Source: Takakia lepidozioides
Taxonomy: Eukaryota; Plantae; Bryophyta
Reading direction: 5' to 3'
Length of the DNA stretch: 64,000 nt
Assembly: GCA_030704615.1 (NCBI GenBank)
Contig: CM060733.1
Coordinates: 35,960,001 to 36,024,000 of the forward strand
The position numbers and the translations under genes were made by a program. The notes beneath the pieces were generated by a model. The model saw only the letters and a list, made by a program, of their open reading frames with translations. It made no database searches and was not told where the DNA came from. The stretch's first letter is position 1. Every line of letters starts with the position of its first letter. Below are positions 34,283-48,391 of this stretch, piece after piece.

Positions 34283-35935
34283 ATTTTAATTTTTTTGTGA
34301 AAGGGACAGAAGCCCTGTTGATCAAATTAAATAAGAAGGAGTTACACTGGGGTGGAAAAAATAACCATCCGGGGGGGACCGTGAGGGCTGAGGGGGGAAC
34401 TTCCCCGGAACCATAACGAACATGCTAAGGGAAAGGAGCAAGGAGACTCAGAGATGATTTTGAGAAGGAGGGACCGAGAGAGTGATGCGGGGGGGCCGGG
34501 AGAGAAGTGGTAGGGATGGGGGGGATATTAGAGGCAAGGATCCACAGTAGGGAAGTAGACAATGTCGGGAAAAAACAATGAGGTAAGTCTTGAAAAAGAC
34601 TTGAAACCAGCAAGGGATGCCAGGGGATGGTGGTAGTAGATTTTGAGGGTGATACAACTCGGAACCGTCGCAGAGGCGAATGAAGATGGCAGACTTCTAG
34701 AACTTTAGCTGCGCGCGGAATTTGGGGGCTCTAGCACGTTTATGGCGCCAGTTACAATCTCCCTCATCACCTTCACCAGGGGACCTCCCATTGAGAGGGG
34801 ATGGAATGTTGCCAAGTGAATTTAGAGTTGGAAAAACTGGCGCCGAGCATGCTGCATTTGCCCCAGGTGTCATGGAAGTCTTGAAGCAATTTCCTCCCTC
34901 GTTGCTCCAAAGTTCTGGAAACAGTTGCACAGACAGTTAACCAAGCCTTCCGCCCCTCAGTCAACATATCTTGGTAAGTATTGAATAATACTGATCTGCC
35001 CCTGGGGGGTTTTCCCTTATAAACCCAAGCACATCTTGTTTTCCATAAGTTCCACAAGGTAAGCGCTCTAAGAGCAGCCCAAACCGGGCAGATATAGGAC
35101 TTGGGTGGCTGCAAGAGGGCCGAACGCACAAGCTGCTGGGGCATCAAATAGGTCTGAACATGTCAAATCATGACCACTTCAAGGATGTGCTTGCTAGGCT
35201 AAAAAAAAACCTGGCGTTCGACAAATGTACCTCAGTACATGGAGCCCCTCCTAGCTGATGCATTGGTAATAAAGATACCCACTTGGATGGCCACCAGTCA
35301 GCAGATTCAGACCCCTGTCATGCTGGTCACAGCCTGTCAAGGTGTTAGAGCAACAGGTCTAGGTTTCTTTGCTGATAGGGATGGTCTTCTTCAGTATCAA
35401 GGAAGAATGGAAGCAAATAAGGCTGACCTCTTTCACATCAAAGTTCTGGATAATCTGGGCAACCCAAACCCACTACCCCCAGAAGGCATGGAGCCCCAAT
35501 GGGCAAGACAAGAAAACCTCACCTGGTTTTTGAGCTGCCCACTGGTTGACCTGCAATTCGATCCCAGGGAGTGGAGATGGATGGATAAGAAAAAGACCCC
35601 TTTCTTCACGTACTCTGTGAAATAGGGATACTCTCTCCTAACCCCCCCCCGATTGTTTGAATTCAAGTAGAAAGCAAAATGGAACATCCCGCTGCTAGAC
35701 CACCATGGATGGGACAAAATCTGGAGGGACATCTGGAGAAAAGACAGACCAGCCAGGCTATCCGGTTTTCTATGGAAAATCGCACATAGAATTCTACCAG
35801 TCAGAGAACGCACCCATGATGACAACCCTAACTGCTCTCTGTGTGGTTCTTCTCCCGAGACCATTTACACTGCCTGTTGATCTGCAATCTGCCTGTTAGA
35901 GTCTGGCACTTGGTTCTTGCTTTCTACTCCCGCTG
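34283..35935 (-). mobile_element. 5'-truncated L1-like LINE with an inverted 5' segment
   Basis: Minus-strand 3' part (RALTLWNLWKTR, T-rich tail on + near 34283-34296). Plus-strand part 35148-35935 encodes the upstream zf-RVT region (WRDIW...FLWKIAHRILP...CSLCG..ET). Confidence 0.75.
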
Positions 35936-38226
35936 GAATAGCTTCCCCTCTCCCTCCCCACCTTCTCTGTTGCTTCTGAATTTCAGTGGGTTTCTGTTAG
36001 TAGTTGAGGTATCATGTAAGTATCATGCATTGGACAGTCTACCTAGTTGAGCTCAGGTATGGAATACAAATATGAATACATATATTGAAGAACCTACTAA
36101 TTGGATATAAGTAAACCCATGTACTCATATACGTAGAGGGGGGAGAATGTCTTTAGGGTTTCACCCACACATACCAGACCCTCAAAAGTTCACTTAAGAA
36201 TAATATTTGATCAATGCTAAACGTTAAGAAAAGACATTACTCCAGTCAAAAGAAACTCAACTATGAAACACTCTCTTTGTATAAAAAGATAGTCATTCTC
36301 TCCCCCACTTAACAAATTCTGCACAAGGCTGCCTATTCATAAATTCATAACTTCATATCAGTCAGTTTGTTCTACAGTTTTAACATGGCAATGGGCTTAC
36401 CTAAGCACTCTACGAGTGGTACATGTTAAGCAAAACAGTCACTCTAGCCAGAAAATACTATAACAGTTATGAAACATGTTTTTTGTACGATAGAGAGTAA
36501 TTTTCTCCTCCACTTCAAAAATTCTACACAAAGCTCACAATCCAGCCTATTCATAAATTCGTAACTTTGTGTCAGTGAGTTCGTTGTATAGTTTTAACAT
36601 GGCGATGGGTTTACTTAAGAATATTCTTGGATTAGAGTTAAATTCTAAGCAAAATAATCATTCCAGTTAGAAGTTAAGCAAATACTCTTTGTATGGCAGT
36701 AAATAGCCATTCTACTTCATAGCTTGTAGTTTCAAGCTTAAAAACAATTCTAGGTAGATTTAGTATGCATGTTACTAATTCTATTGTAAACACTTCTAAT
36801 TCCTGCACTCCAGCCAGATCTCGTTGATCAGCTAAGTTACATCTCCAACTCCTTGCTCTCTGATCCCTCTCTCATTGCTGCTCATAACTCCATGATGACC
36901 TTCGAAACACTTTGCCAACCTCCTACAAATTCAGCCCCAGCCAGTCAGCCGGGTTATTGTCATCATAGAATGACCCTCTTCAGAACCATAAAGACCATAG
37001 TCTTTGCACTTCTATTCAGCAACTTCCAAGACCTCAAGGCTAGCCTAACCTTGGCCATGTTGATGGCTAATTGTTGGGCAGCTCCCGTACATCAAATTAT
37101 TGCTCGTGTGGCGAGCTATCTAGATCATGAAACTAGGGAAACACCAAAGTCAAGTGCAAAGAGGTGCGTACTTTGATCTGCAGAGGCTAGAAGCCAATGT
37201 TAGTATATGTACTGTGGTCGCACTTAATAATCGTCATGGGGCGGGGGTAAAATGGAGATGGAGTAGTGAAGAGATCCATGTGACTCATTGCCTTTTCCCA
37301 GGTCCCACAAGCATTACAAATTTTAAAATATGTGGTGAAGCTTCACCACACCTCTCCAAAGCCTTTCCCGCATTATGCTAGTCTAGGACACCACCTTTAA
37401 TTTAGCCATACAGAGCATGCAAAAAGAGGAAAAAATGGATTTTCTTTAAAATGACAATAAAAAATAAAAACCCAAAGCCCATGCTCCTTCTCAGCCCATA
37501 TGCAAGTGAATGTGAAGGTGAATGTGCATACAGAGACGATTGTCTTTGGATGGGAACAAAGTGAGATTTTACGTGCTTTTGAGCACAATTTTCAAAGAAA
37601 AGCTATGCGAGCAAGTTTTCTAACCAACTTGTTTCCAGTGAATGATGATTTGGTGGAAGGATAGATGTACTCCATATTTATCATGACCTTAGCGTGGAGG
37701 AAACCATATGTATGTCTTGCAAATCTGCACATTGAAGATATGGATGTCCGTGATCTCAATGTGATGGACTAGATAGATGGAGAGATCATGATGACTAACG
37801 ATGAGGATCAACATGATGACATTGTCAAACACATGCAAAGACCTTTGGAAGTTACATGGAGTTCTTGTAGGTGGATTAGGATTTACAGGAAGATTGTTCC
37901 GCCTCCATATGTGTGCCAATAGGTAAGGGCCCGAATGATTCTGGTGTGTAGAGGAAGAGAGAAGACTCTGGCCGAAGTCCTGAAGTCAGAGTTACAAGTA
38001 ATAGTGCTTCCCCTGTCAAGCAGGGTACTGCTCCCTGTTGGGGGGTGAGCTCTTCTGGTGCGTACTGAATCATATCCTTCTGGGCACCAATCTCCAGCAC
38101 AGATGACCAGCAAGGACATGGAAATTGTGACACATTAGGAGGAAGGCCGAGGCTGGCACTGAGACCTCTCTACGACTTCTCCAGTCTTAGATTCCACCAG
38201 TGATTCTGATACCACATGATTTCAGA

Positions 38227-41200
38227 TTATGCGATTGTCCAAAGCTGCTCAATGTAGGTATCAGAGTATCGCACTTTATGGGAAGCAATTTGATCGCTAG
38301 CCTGCAAATATGCGCCCACTGCCAAGGCAGCAAAGTCATTAAGCAGCAGCGCTCGCCGACTTGCCAAGGCACGTAACCCCCACTGTGTTGCACTCCCTTC
38401 CATCCTCACCTGCATCAGTCAATGTCGAGCTCAGTGTTTGTATTTCATGCTGAAAATCCTCACTTTCAAAGTTTGCTTGGCATGGAACCTCAGAAGCCCA
38501 TTTGTGAAGTGGCTTAGTTATGCATAAAGAACTGTTCATACCAGTTCATAATCAGCTTATATGTACCAGCATACCTTGGTTCAAGTGAAAATGTGCGAAA
38601 GAGAGGAGAGGAGAGGAAGCACAGATTGAGCTACCCCCAGCCCCAAGGAAAAAGGAAATACATCCTAAACATCAAAAAATAGGTTCAATATCTTCTAAGG
38701 GAGTCTGCCCTGCCCTAATGTCTACAAAAAAGTGCATACCCATCCCAAACATGCTACATTGGAGCACAATCCACAGCCTCATTGAGAATAATAATTCACT
38801 GCTGAATAGCGACATCAAGAAAATGAACTACCCTCAATTTGCCTCCATGGTTGTCACTAGAGGATTGAACTGGTTCAATACTAGCTTTTAGAGCATAGCC
38901 TCTATCCACAAACACCTGCAACAGCTTCTTCACCCCCGCCATCACCTGTCCTCACATCACAGTTGTAAATTGAATCAAATTCCTTTGAGGATATCCAATT
39001 ATATAAAGCAATCACAGTCTGACCTGAATGCGGGTTGACCCACACACCATCTAATATTGAGAAAACAGTAAACCAAAGCACACTGCACAACTTGAGGCAA
39101 CAGCTAAGAAAGTTGATGAGAACATTCCCTTTTAACAATGATCGATACACTTCCATATTACGGAATGCCATCCATAGTTGCAGCTATTATCCACAAGGTG
39201 TCAATATTAGGAAGCTCACATAAGGAAACTCGGAGTCCAAAGGACAAGGTGGAGGCGCATTGAACTCTTCGCCTTCAAACCCTTGCAGAAGTTGTTGATA
39301 CAGCAAACTACCTGCTTTTTCATTGAAGGCAGCTGGCAGCATTGCATTATCTTTCAATCTCTCATCCCTCCTTAATGTCTGCAGCTCTCCCTCTGAGCCC
39401 AACTTCTCCTGGATCATAATTGTACATCTCCAGTTCAGCACCCAAGTACTGGCCAACAAGTATGCTTATAGTGACGACAAGTCTTTGCCGGTTTAACATA
39501 GTTGACCACCTAATATTATGTTCAATGCTACTTTTCAAAGTGTTTGTCAGTGGTAATTCCTAAGTGCTAGAGTCACAGGCAGACAGTGTTCATTTATTTA
39601 CTAGCAAACCCTGGAAGGGACACGAAGTTATTCATGACCAGGAATAGCCCACACCTCCTCACAGCTCCAACACTGTTGTGCAACTCTTAAACATCCATAT
39701 GTTAAATACTAAGGCCCAAAACTGGTTCAATTGGGCTAACCTGAAAGACATTCTCTCCAGTTGTCATCTCATTTGAAATGGTTGCAAACTGGGCAAAACT
39801 GATGAAGTCAAAATACAGCTGCAGAAAAAAGCAAGTCCATGAGACTTGATGAAATTCCGTACTTCCAAGAGTAGACAATCATACTGGGTGCACAACGCAA
39901 GAAGCTTCATAAACAATTTGAAGGTTCGTATGCAGCCGAAAAAGTTATGTATTGGAATGCCTTGTCTTTCTCTTTTCTTGCTCTCCAAACCCTGGTGGGT
40001 GCGAGCCCCACAAAAGGCTCTGGGAGGGTTAGCTCCCAGAGGGGTCAATGGCTGTAAGGCTATGGCAAGCCAACATTTGCAGGGAGCGGCATGAGTACGT
40101 TCTTTTCTTGCTCTTCTTCCACCCATTCCCAAGACTCTTTCACATTTTGCAAGGAAAGTAGCGGGCAGGCACAGCAAGACATAATCAACTAGCTCTAAGA
40201 ACCAAACAGCGGACTCGGTAACACAACTTGGAAAGAACCCATCAACCGTTTGAAATGTAAACTGTCTAGAGTCTGCTACTGATTGGATTTCTGCTTTCCA
40301 CAGTGCCTGATAAGGCAAATACAATGACCTGAGCAAGAACCAACCACCATGCTAAGCTAGCCAAACAAACACACCTAGGAGACACAACCAATGTGTCAAT
40401 TTAATGTTAGGAGAAGGAGAGATAGGAGCCAGAGAGAACAATGAGAAGGACGATAACGGACCAGGAGAGGGAAGAGGGAGGACACAGACAGGGTCAGTGA
40501 GGTCCCCGTATTTGACTCGTAACGGCTGACATTGCAACGTATATGGCTCCACTTCACTCTGCCGCAGCTTCCAAAACTGAAATCAGAAAGATAAATTGGG
40601 TTGGTGTGCAGCATACATTACTGGCCTTGGTTTAGTTCTAAGCGTTAAGAGTATGCAAACACCAATATCTCAGTTTACCAAGGTACGATTTAGGACTGCA
40701 CAGACCTGCTTCACAGAATTGGCGACCTTCCCGCAAGTCCTACAGAAACTAAATGAGAAAGCTACTGCTTTATAAAGGGGAAGGAATGTACTCTTTCTGG
40801 CTCAAGCGGTGTGGAGATGCCTAAAGAAAGCAATTTTCATCAGGCAGCCATCCCTTAGGAGTTGTAGTTACAGGTGGGCATATGCATACAAATGTCCCTG
40901 TCGCTCAAGTATCCCTCCATGACCTTGCTGTCAGGGCAGAGATTGGTATCTTAAGCCATACCCTCATCATTGGATACCACTTTATACCATGCACTGCTCA
41001 CAAAAGCAAGTCCTCGTGTATTTGAACGTACATCTCAGTTGAATTTTTGAAACCCCAAGAGATTGGCAGGTTTGGCAACAATCGGTCAGTCACTGCGTAG
41101 GTGATGCTTCCTTGAATCGCCGAATTCAAATGCTGATTTCCCGGATTTCATGCCTCAATGAAAGATTGAAGCTGAATGAAAATATTTAAATGCTCACTTA

Positions 41201-41752
41201 CTTTGACTTGGAATTTGTTCATTGGTATGAAATCCAAGGCATCCACTGCCTCGTAGGCTGATCGCATCAACAGAACCGCAAATTTCATATTGAGCATCTT
41301 CCTCGGAAAGAGCACGGGCTCCGGGGGCGGGGGTAGTATTAACGCACCCAGAGCGTCTTCAAATTCGTAGCCCACATTCATTCCTGCCTTTACAATCCAT
41401 GTCTCTCCCCTGCGACTCCTTCGACCACGCACGGTGATCCCAACTATTTGTTGTCTCTTGCTAAAAACCTGGATTTTCACTCCAAATGCTGCTGATCCTG
41501 TGACGACTCCGTCCCGAAGCTCCTCACTACTTGAATGTTGCACCCTGAGCTTGACAAAGCCCTTGATCTCTGATGTACAGCCAAACCAGCAGAGAAGGAG
41601 AACGGGGGGCGTGCAACGGGGTTCGTGACAGAGAAACGTAACACTGCAGTCAGGGGGCCATTACTGTGTGCAGAAAACTCAACTGGAGAGAAGGACATTC
41701 CCTTGGCAACTTCCTTAGAGAAATTGAAGGCGGCACTCGACAAGGACACCAT
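38227..41752 (-). CDS. Conserved uncharacterised protein, probably plastid-targeted; exons ~41202-41752 (one frameshift), 40490-40576, 39741-39818, 39220-39408, 38832-38945, 38227-38409
   Basis: GT-AG exons splice in frame: ..KFAVLLMRSAYEAVDALDFIPMNKFQVK / FWKLRQSEVEPY..GDLTDP / LYFDFISFAQF..VFQ / EKLG..PPPCP..PY / VMAGVKKLLQVFVDRGYA..LR / VRMEGSATQWG..QLWTIA*. Start codon uncertain. Confidence 0.8.
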
Positions 41753-42899
41753 AGCTATGGTGCTGGGTACCCAAATATCCTTCCCAAGCCAACTACCTAG
41801 TGATCTGTCTACGTAGTTCCAGACTGCTTGCTTATGGAATACCAAATGCCTACATAATCAACTATGATCAGAGTTCTCTAAGGTAGGTCCTATCGAGAAA
41901 CTAACAGACAAAACAGGGCTCCCCCGCAAGCTTACTTTTCCTTGCTTGTCTTTGCATATTATAAATAAATATTTTCTGGGCCTCTGTCCAGCATTTCTCC
42001 AAATAAAAAGCAATTTCACATAGTCCTCCCCTGAGGATGAATGGTTACGGTGGTGTGTGTGCCTGTGAAGTCATGATTCCGGCGCTATGGGTTTGTTCCC
42101 CTTCCTCTACCGGACTTAATCCTATCTGGGGAATGTAGTTGATAGATGGGCCTGGCATAGAAGACGGAAGAGGACGCAACGGAGTCGGACTTCCAAACCA
42201 CACACTCAAGCACACCGTTACACCAAGCTTACACTCGCATAAGACCCAAAAAGCCACCACCCTCACTCCCACGGCAGTCGAGTTTAAATAATATTAGGTC
42301 GTAATCTAATCTTAGTGCCGCGTGGCACTTACATATAGGCCAGCCAGATGCCCTTCCAACATAGCCATAGAAAGAAGCGAGATCACCGAGATCCATCCTA
42401 ATCTAATCCTATGTTAGAATAAGACAGCACCTAATAAAGTCATAAGCTGTTGCCTGCTCATCCTCATGCGCAAGGTGTAAGTTCATCCAGACTTCATCTT
42501 GGCTCCGTCCATCCCTAAATCATCCGGGGCGCATCCCTCCTCCGTTCATCCAAGTCGAAAAGGAAGATGAGAAGGAATCCCTGCTCCACATGCCTTATGG
42601 TGTAATTGGGGTTTTAAATTTTTCCCCCAAATAATTTATAATAAAACGTATCAGAGCTACTACCCCCTATTCTGTAAAATAAATAAATAAATAAATTATG
42701 GATGAATTTGCCAAATATAGATGATATAAATGGATTGAAGTACTTAAATGGATGAAATTTAGTGGATGAACAGAATGCACCGCAAAACTTTGTAGCCACT
42801 CGTGCTGCTTTCCAAATTTCTTAAGAAAAACATTGCCTCTATCCTATGTTCCTCCAAAAATATATAATACATATATATGTATCTATACCCAAGTCGACA

Positions 42900-43326
42900 C
42901 ATAGGACCCACCCCCGAAAGGGGCAGTAGCCACAAGGCGAAGTGGCTCTTAGTTACGCCGACTTGGGCCGGAGTCTTCTCTCTCTCTCTCTCAAAGTCAA
43001 CACGTCATTGTAGATGGCTTATTGAGGGTTGGTTTAGGACGACTACGGTCCAAGACCAAGACCAACTCAAAATGCAACGATCCTATTGGTTGACGGCATT
43101 TTCTTGGTCATATTGGCTTTACACTACGGACCAAGACCCAAAAACTTAGAAATGATGACAGGAGATTGGTCTAGGGACCAAGAAAGAAACCCATGTGGTT
43201 TGGAGGATCAACTCTTGGACTTTAGACCAAGTATGAAAAGAGAGATAGAAGACTCTGGCCAAAGCCGGCGTAACTAAGAGCCTCTTCGCCTTGCGGCTAT
43301 TGCCCCTGTCAGGGGTGGGCCCTATG
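42900..43326. mobile_element. MITE with ~90-bp terminal inverted repeats
   Basis: CATAGGACCCACCCCCG..AAGGCGAAGTGGCTCTTAGTTACGCCG..AGTCTTCT pairs with AGAAGACT..CGGCGTAACTAAGAGCC.CTTCGCCTTG..GGGGTGGGCCCTATG. Confidence 0.75.
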
Positions 43327-44594
43327 CAAGTATGAAAACAATAGATAAAATGTATAGAAATGATCGTGACCGTCCATTAGACATTAGAAAAAAAATTGAG
43401 GCCAAAGCAAGGCTGTCCCAACGTTCATATGTCCCCTAGTATAGCCGCTCAAGACGGGCTGCAATTTGTTAAAATGCCATTTTACCATCGTAGCAAAATG
43501 GTGGCAAAATGGGTTCCACGATGACGTTTCCACCGTGGCAAAATTGGTTCCACGGAGGATGATGTTCCTGCGGGAAGCGTCGGGTTCTCACGCTCCCCCA
43601 CTTCTCGCGCGCTTCTTCCCCAAGCTTCTTCCCCCTTCTTCCCGCGTTCTTCCATTTCTTCATTGTAGTTCATGGATTATTTTTTCCAAAATGATTGAGA
43701 TGTCAGTGCTCCTCTCGCTCTGCCTATTACTTGCGATGTCGTTGCGACGGTCTCCCTGGGTATCCTCATATCTGAGCTGAACTTTGCCTTCTTTCTTTCT
43801 TTTCGTTTTTACCATCTTGTACGCTTCCAGTTAGTCTCCAGTTAGTCTCAGTGTGCATAGTCGATACCTGAAGCTCACGATCACAAAGTGTCACTTAGTA
43901 GTCGCAGTGGACATCATCAGCATGCAATAACTTTCTTCTCACTTTTCCAGGGCACGGCTGGATTCAAGGCAGCGCGACTTTTCCACTAATTAAGACGTCG
44001 GGTTCCGTATGCGGGGGCGTGGCCGCTGTAGAGGTACAGAATGTTAATCTTTCGCTTGCTTCGAATTCCTCTATACTCCCTCTCTTTTTCTCTTTGTTTT
44101 GGTAGCTATGTGATCCTGCTTCAAGCTCGCGAGAAAGACAAACAGTTCCAAGGGGAGGCTGCTGACAGGATCTGAGATTAGCAGGCCACAATTTTGACAC
44201 ACCAAACAGCATGAAACAGACCTGCTAGATTGAGCCCGGGCACATCCCAGGGCATGATGTTATGAGCTGTCTCCTTCTTGTGTCCGCCTATGTGCATTCT
44301 CAGTCTTGCGAGTGCAGATCGTGTGTCCTTGGAGAACTTCTGCCGCTATAAGGATCTATCCATATCGGAAAGTTGAATTGAACACGGGTGCCGGCACTGT
44401 CTACTCTGATGGTGGATAGGGGCCTCGACATACTCCAAGACTGGCAGGTAACCTGATCCGCGAGTGACTTTTCTGATATCCAAAATGTTTCAGAGCTTAG
44501 CCAGGTATGCAGATGAACGGTTAGGGGTGGGCTAGGATCAACATTCTCCAATATTGCTCCCCTGTTCTTGGTCCAAGATCCTTGCTCCATATAG

Positions 44595-44875
44595 TGGGAC
44601 AGGGGGAGCGGGGACCACCAACAGGGTAGCGAGCCACATTCCACAGGGCGAGTAGGGCAGCGGGGTCGGGAACCGGGGGCGAGGAGGGGAGCAAGATCAG
44701 GAACATGGGAGTGAGCCACGTTCCATAGGACGAGGAGGGGAGCGAGGACCGGGAACAAGAGCGAGCCGCGTTCCATAAGGCAAGGAGGGGAGTAGGGACC
44801 AAGAACAGGGGAGCGAGGACAAGGGACAGGGATAGGGGAGCGGGACTGGAACAATGAGGGGACAGAACATGGGAG
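44595..44875. repeat. Degenerate purine-rich short repeats (GGGGAGCGAGGAC-like)
   Basis: Recurrent GGGGAGCG(A/G)G, GGAACA and GAGCC(A/G)C(A/G)TTCCA motifs. Confidence 0.55.
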
Positions 44876-45516
44876 CGTTTTCATTTTTGGAGATGAAAAA
44901 ATATGCAATTTAGTCCAATGTGCATCCAATTAGTCAACATGATTTTACTGCCACGTTTTGAGCCTCAGACCTCATCTTTGCAACAAACATTACCTAGACA
45001 CCACACTACCATTCACTTCTTGTAATATCTTTGATTTCCTAATGCTTTATTCTACAAATACAGACTCACAGGTGAGAGGGGAGCAAGGGGGGTGGGGATT
45101 TGACAGTGCGTCCCGCCAGAACGTCGCCGGTACGGCCATCCCCAGTGACTGTACCGACAAACCCACGCTTGCATTCAACTCGTCGGGTAAGCGTAGTCTG
45201 CTCCGTTTTTGGCAGTGATTGTCATGCTTTTAATCTTCCACATAAACGAAAGTTTTAAGTGGTGGTCGTCATGTTCAGAGCTAATTGGGGTACTACCACT
45301 ACTAGGAATCTGTGCTTTTTGAACCCGACTCACAACTGACTTGTTGTCCAAAACCACTCAGTTTGTAACTAATGTTTTTTCATCGAGTATTCAACAAATT
45401 TTCATCGTTCCATAGACGACTTTCCATTCTCACAAATTCAAAGCTATGATAGGATCGGCAAAAACGAAGCAAAAGAGCTGAAGGCCCAAGCCTTCCACCA
45501 CCACCATCTTTCCCTT

Positions 45517-45640
45517 TTTAATTTTTTTTTTTTTTTTTAAGAACAGGGGACAGAGGCCCTGGAAATTTATCAAAGGATGGATGGGGGTACAATGAAGTGG
45601 AAAAAATAACCACCCTGGGCCGTGAAGGCTTACATACCCG
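45517..45640 (-). mobile_element. Short LINE 3'-end copy related to 34283-34400
   Basis: Poly-T, then GGGACAGAGGCCCTG...GTGGAAAAAATAACCA...CCGTGA, shared with 34300-34390. Confidence 0.6.
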
Positions 45641-47605
45641 CTCACCTTCAAGATTCAACTTATTAGAAGTTTAATGGGCCCTTAGGAAGGCCGTGAGTTT
45701 TGTTTTCTTGAATTTTGCCCGTTCTTGGTTGTTACACTAAAGGGACCTCCTACTTGCGCGATAAAAAAAAGTACACCTTGGCTGATCACCAGAGAAAATA
45801 GTGTCTCCACTCTACGTTTCTTGGACCTTTGAAGCAAGAGTGCTACATGCGATTGTCACGTAGGCTTTGGGTTTCACGCCATTGTTGTCAAGTTTCCCTC
45901 GTTTCCGCGCCATCGTTCACCCGCGGCAACCTCGCTGCTGCAAGCTCTCAGTTGCGTGCTCATCGCAAACCGTGGCCTCGCGCGCGCATCAACTCTAGGC
46001 GCTCTTGAGACGCTCATCGCATCTTGCGGGGGCACTCAGGAGGAGGGTGTTGTTCGCCGGGCTTTCCAGCTTCTCTATGCGAGGCGCCATCCAGGCCCTC
46101 GCACGTCTCTCTCTGGCGCTCCGCAGGTAGCGGACTACCCCTTATCCTACGAACAAGGGCTGCCGACAATTGCATGCAGTGAGTACATACATTGTTGAGA
46201 AACTGAATGTGCTCTACCTATTACAACTTCACATTCTGCTCTCTACCTCTCACTGGAGAGGGACGTGTGCAGTAGGGGCTTGGACTCAAGCAACGAGCTC
46301 TCAGTGTCGTTTTCTGGGCACCATCTTAAAGCGAGTCTACTCGGGAACGGGTTGTGCTCTATGTGCTTGTGCAGATCTATGCAGCTGTGTGTCCTGAAGA
46401 TTTGTGACCGTCCCGGCGGACGTCTCTCTTGCGTGCGGTGCTTCGAGCGGTGACTCTAGGAGAGCGGTCCTTCGAGCGGTGCAGGTGTATCTTGTCGGTA
46501 TGCATGTGCGGCAGATCGATCTGACAAGCATGGTGTAATGCGTTGTGCAATGAACATATGAGAGATATTTGTACTCATAAGACTTTGTTTTCTGTACTCA
46601 TATGAGAGAAAGATGTCTGTTTGTTTATTTTGTTTTCTGGCATACTTTGTTTTCTATACTTCTGTTTCTGTACATATGAGAGAAAGATGTACTCATAAGA
46701 CTTTGTTTTCTGTAGCCTATGAGGGAGAGAGAAACTGAGAGAGGGAGAGAGAGATAGATGGGGGTTTGAGAGATGAATGTGGGGTGTAGCCATGGCTCAA
46801 TGAAGATAAGAGGAGGGCAGAGAGAAGCATCTATGTGGGGCTGCTGCTCGCACCACCAGAGCTGCTGTCAAGGCCTTTTTCCGTGACTTCCGTGACTTCC
46901 ATGAAGGTTTAAAGGTATGTGCAAATCTCTCTTCTCCTTTGTTTGTGGCACCCAACTATGTTTTAACCTATGCACCTGTCAATCTACTGGTCTTATTCTA
47001 AAGGAGAGTTCTCCACCAAGTCACAACCAGGGCTTGTGGCAAGAGAGACCCAGTTTGTTATAATGCGTTATGCTGAACCGAGGCTTCCAAGGATCCCATT
47101 GCACGTACAAGTCATTAGCTCGTTTTCGCTCAGAGCTACTCCTCACCGATGAGAATGACGATACTGTCGAAATTCTGATATCAAAACGACGGACAAACAA
47201 AGGAAAAGATATTTTGACATCCAAGTTGACATCCACCATAAATCGAACATGGCTTCCTATTTTGTTCTATGAATTGACAAGTTTAGGTTCAAATAGAATT
47301 TTAGTAAGATTTAACACATATAGTTCAAAAAGGGATGGTGAATTTCAAGACATGTCTCTGAGATTTTGTACCAAGTCAGCCTAGTAAATCACATTAGCTC
47401 CATCCCAACATTGCATGATAGATGGTACTTGATGGGTTGCCATAGAGTTGGCAGGTTGATGGATGTTGCCTTTTGCTGTACCGTATGACCTCATTACTGT
47501 CCAATGATACCTTGTCCAGATTCCGGGCCCGAGATTGCTGGTAAGTGCATGCCTTTTTGAAATTCAAATTTTCCCGCCTAAATTCAAAAGTACCCCCCTT
47601 AAATT

Positions 47606-48350
47606 GTGACGTCCGGGCGTCGCACTTTGCGACCCCCGGATGGTGCTAATTCTGCATTGCAGAGTAGGATTTTTTTTTTTTTTTTTTTTTTTTCCCCGAC
47701 GCTCGGGCGTCGCAAATTTCGTTTCTCCCCCCTGCCCGGAAAGGGCTGTTTTACGACGCCGCGGCGTGGCTGTGGCGTGGCTGTGGCGTGGTTAGTGTTA
47801 ACAGAGTGGCATCAGGCTCGGAAGGAGGACGATCAAACTTTCCCTTCCACTTTGATCAGATCTAGATTCACATCTTGCCTCTCTAGGGCAGCCACTGCCA
47901 CCACAGCTTTCACAACCTTTTCACAACAATCTCTGCCAAAATTCGCTGACACCTACAACCCAGAATGCCAACCAACCTCGGGGTCAGTCCTGTAGGAATG
48001 TTGCCCGTAGCTTTTGGGCTAGTCATGTGATGGATTAAATATAATCCAGGTTGCAACTTTTCAAATAGATCTGAATGAAAGAAAGCAGAGTTTCATCATG
48101 GAATTCCATCATCGTGCTCATTGAGTTCCATCATGGAGTGAGTGTTGCCACAAACCTGGCTTACAACTTTAACGTAGGGTTGACTCTGGCGTTGACCATT
48201 GACTCCGATTCTGTCTAATGGCGATGTGTTTATTTCTACATATATCATGCAATGCATACTTGAACCTAAAACCTCCACGTTATAACAATTCTAAGACACT
48301 ACAAACTAACCAACACACCTACGTTACATCTATGTATCACAAAAACAATC

Positions 48351-48391
<41 letters not shown>

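Noticed and set aside
45297-45360. CACTACTAGG as the left end of the CACTA element ending at 49593
   Set aside because: The TIR diverges after CACTAC and the flanking trinucleotides (TAC vs TAA) do not form a TSD.
45900-46560. GC-rich, Cys-containing short ORFs
   Set aside because: No coherent frame or domain; possibly TE internal sequence.
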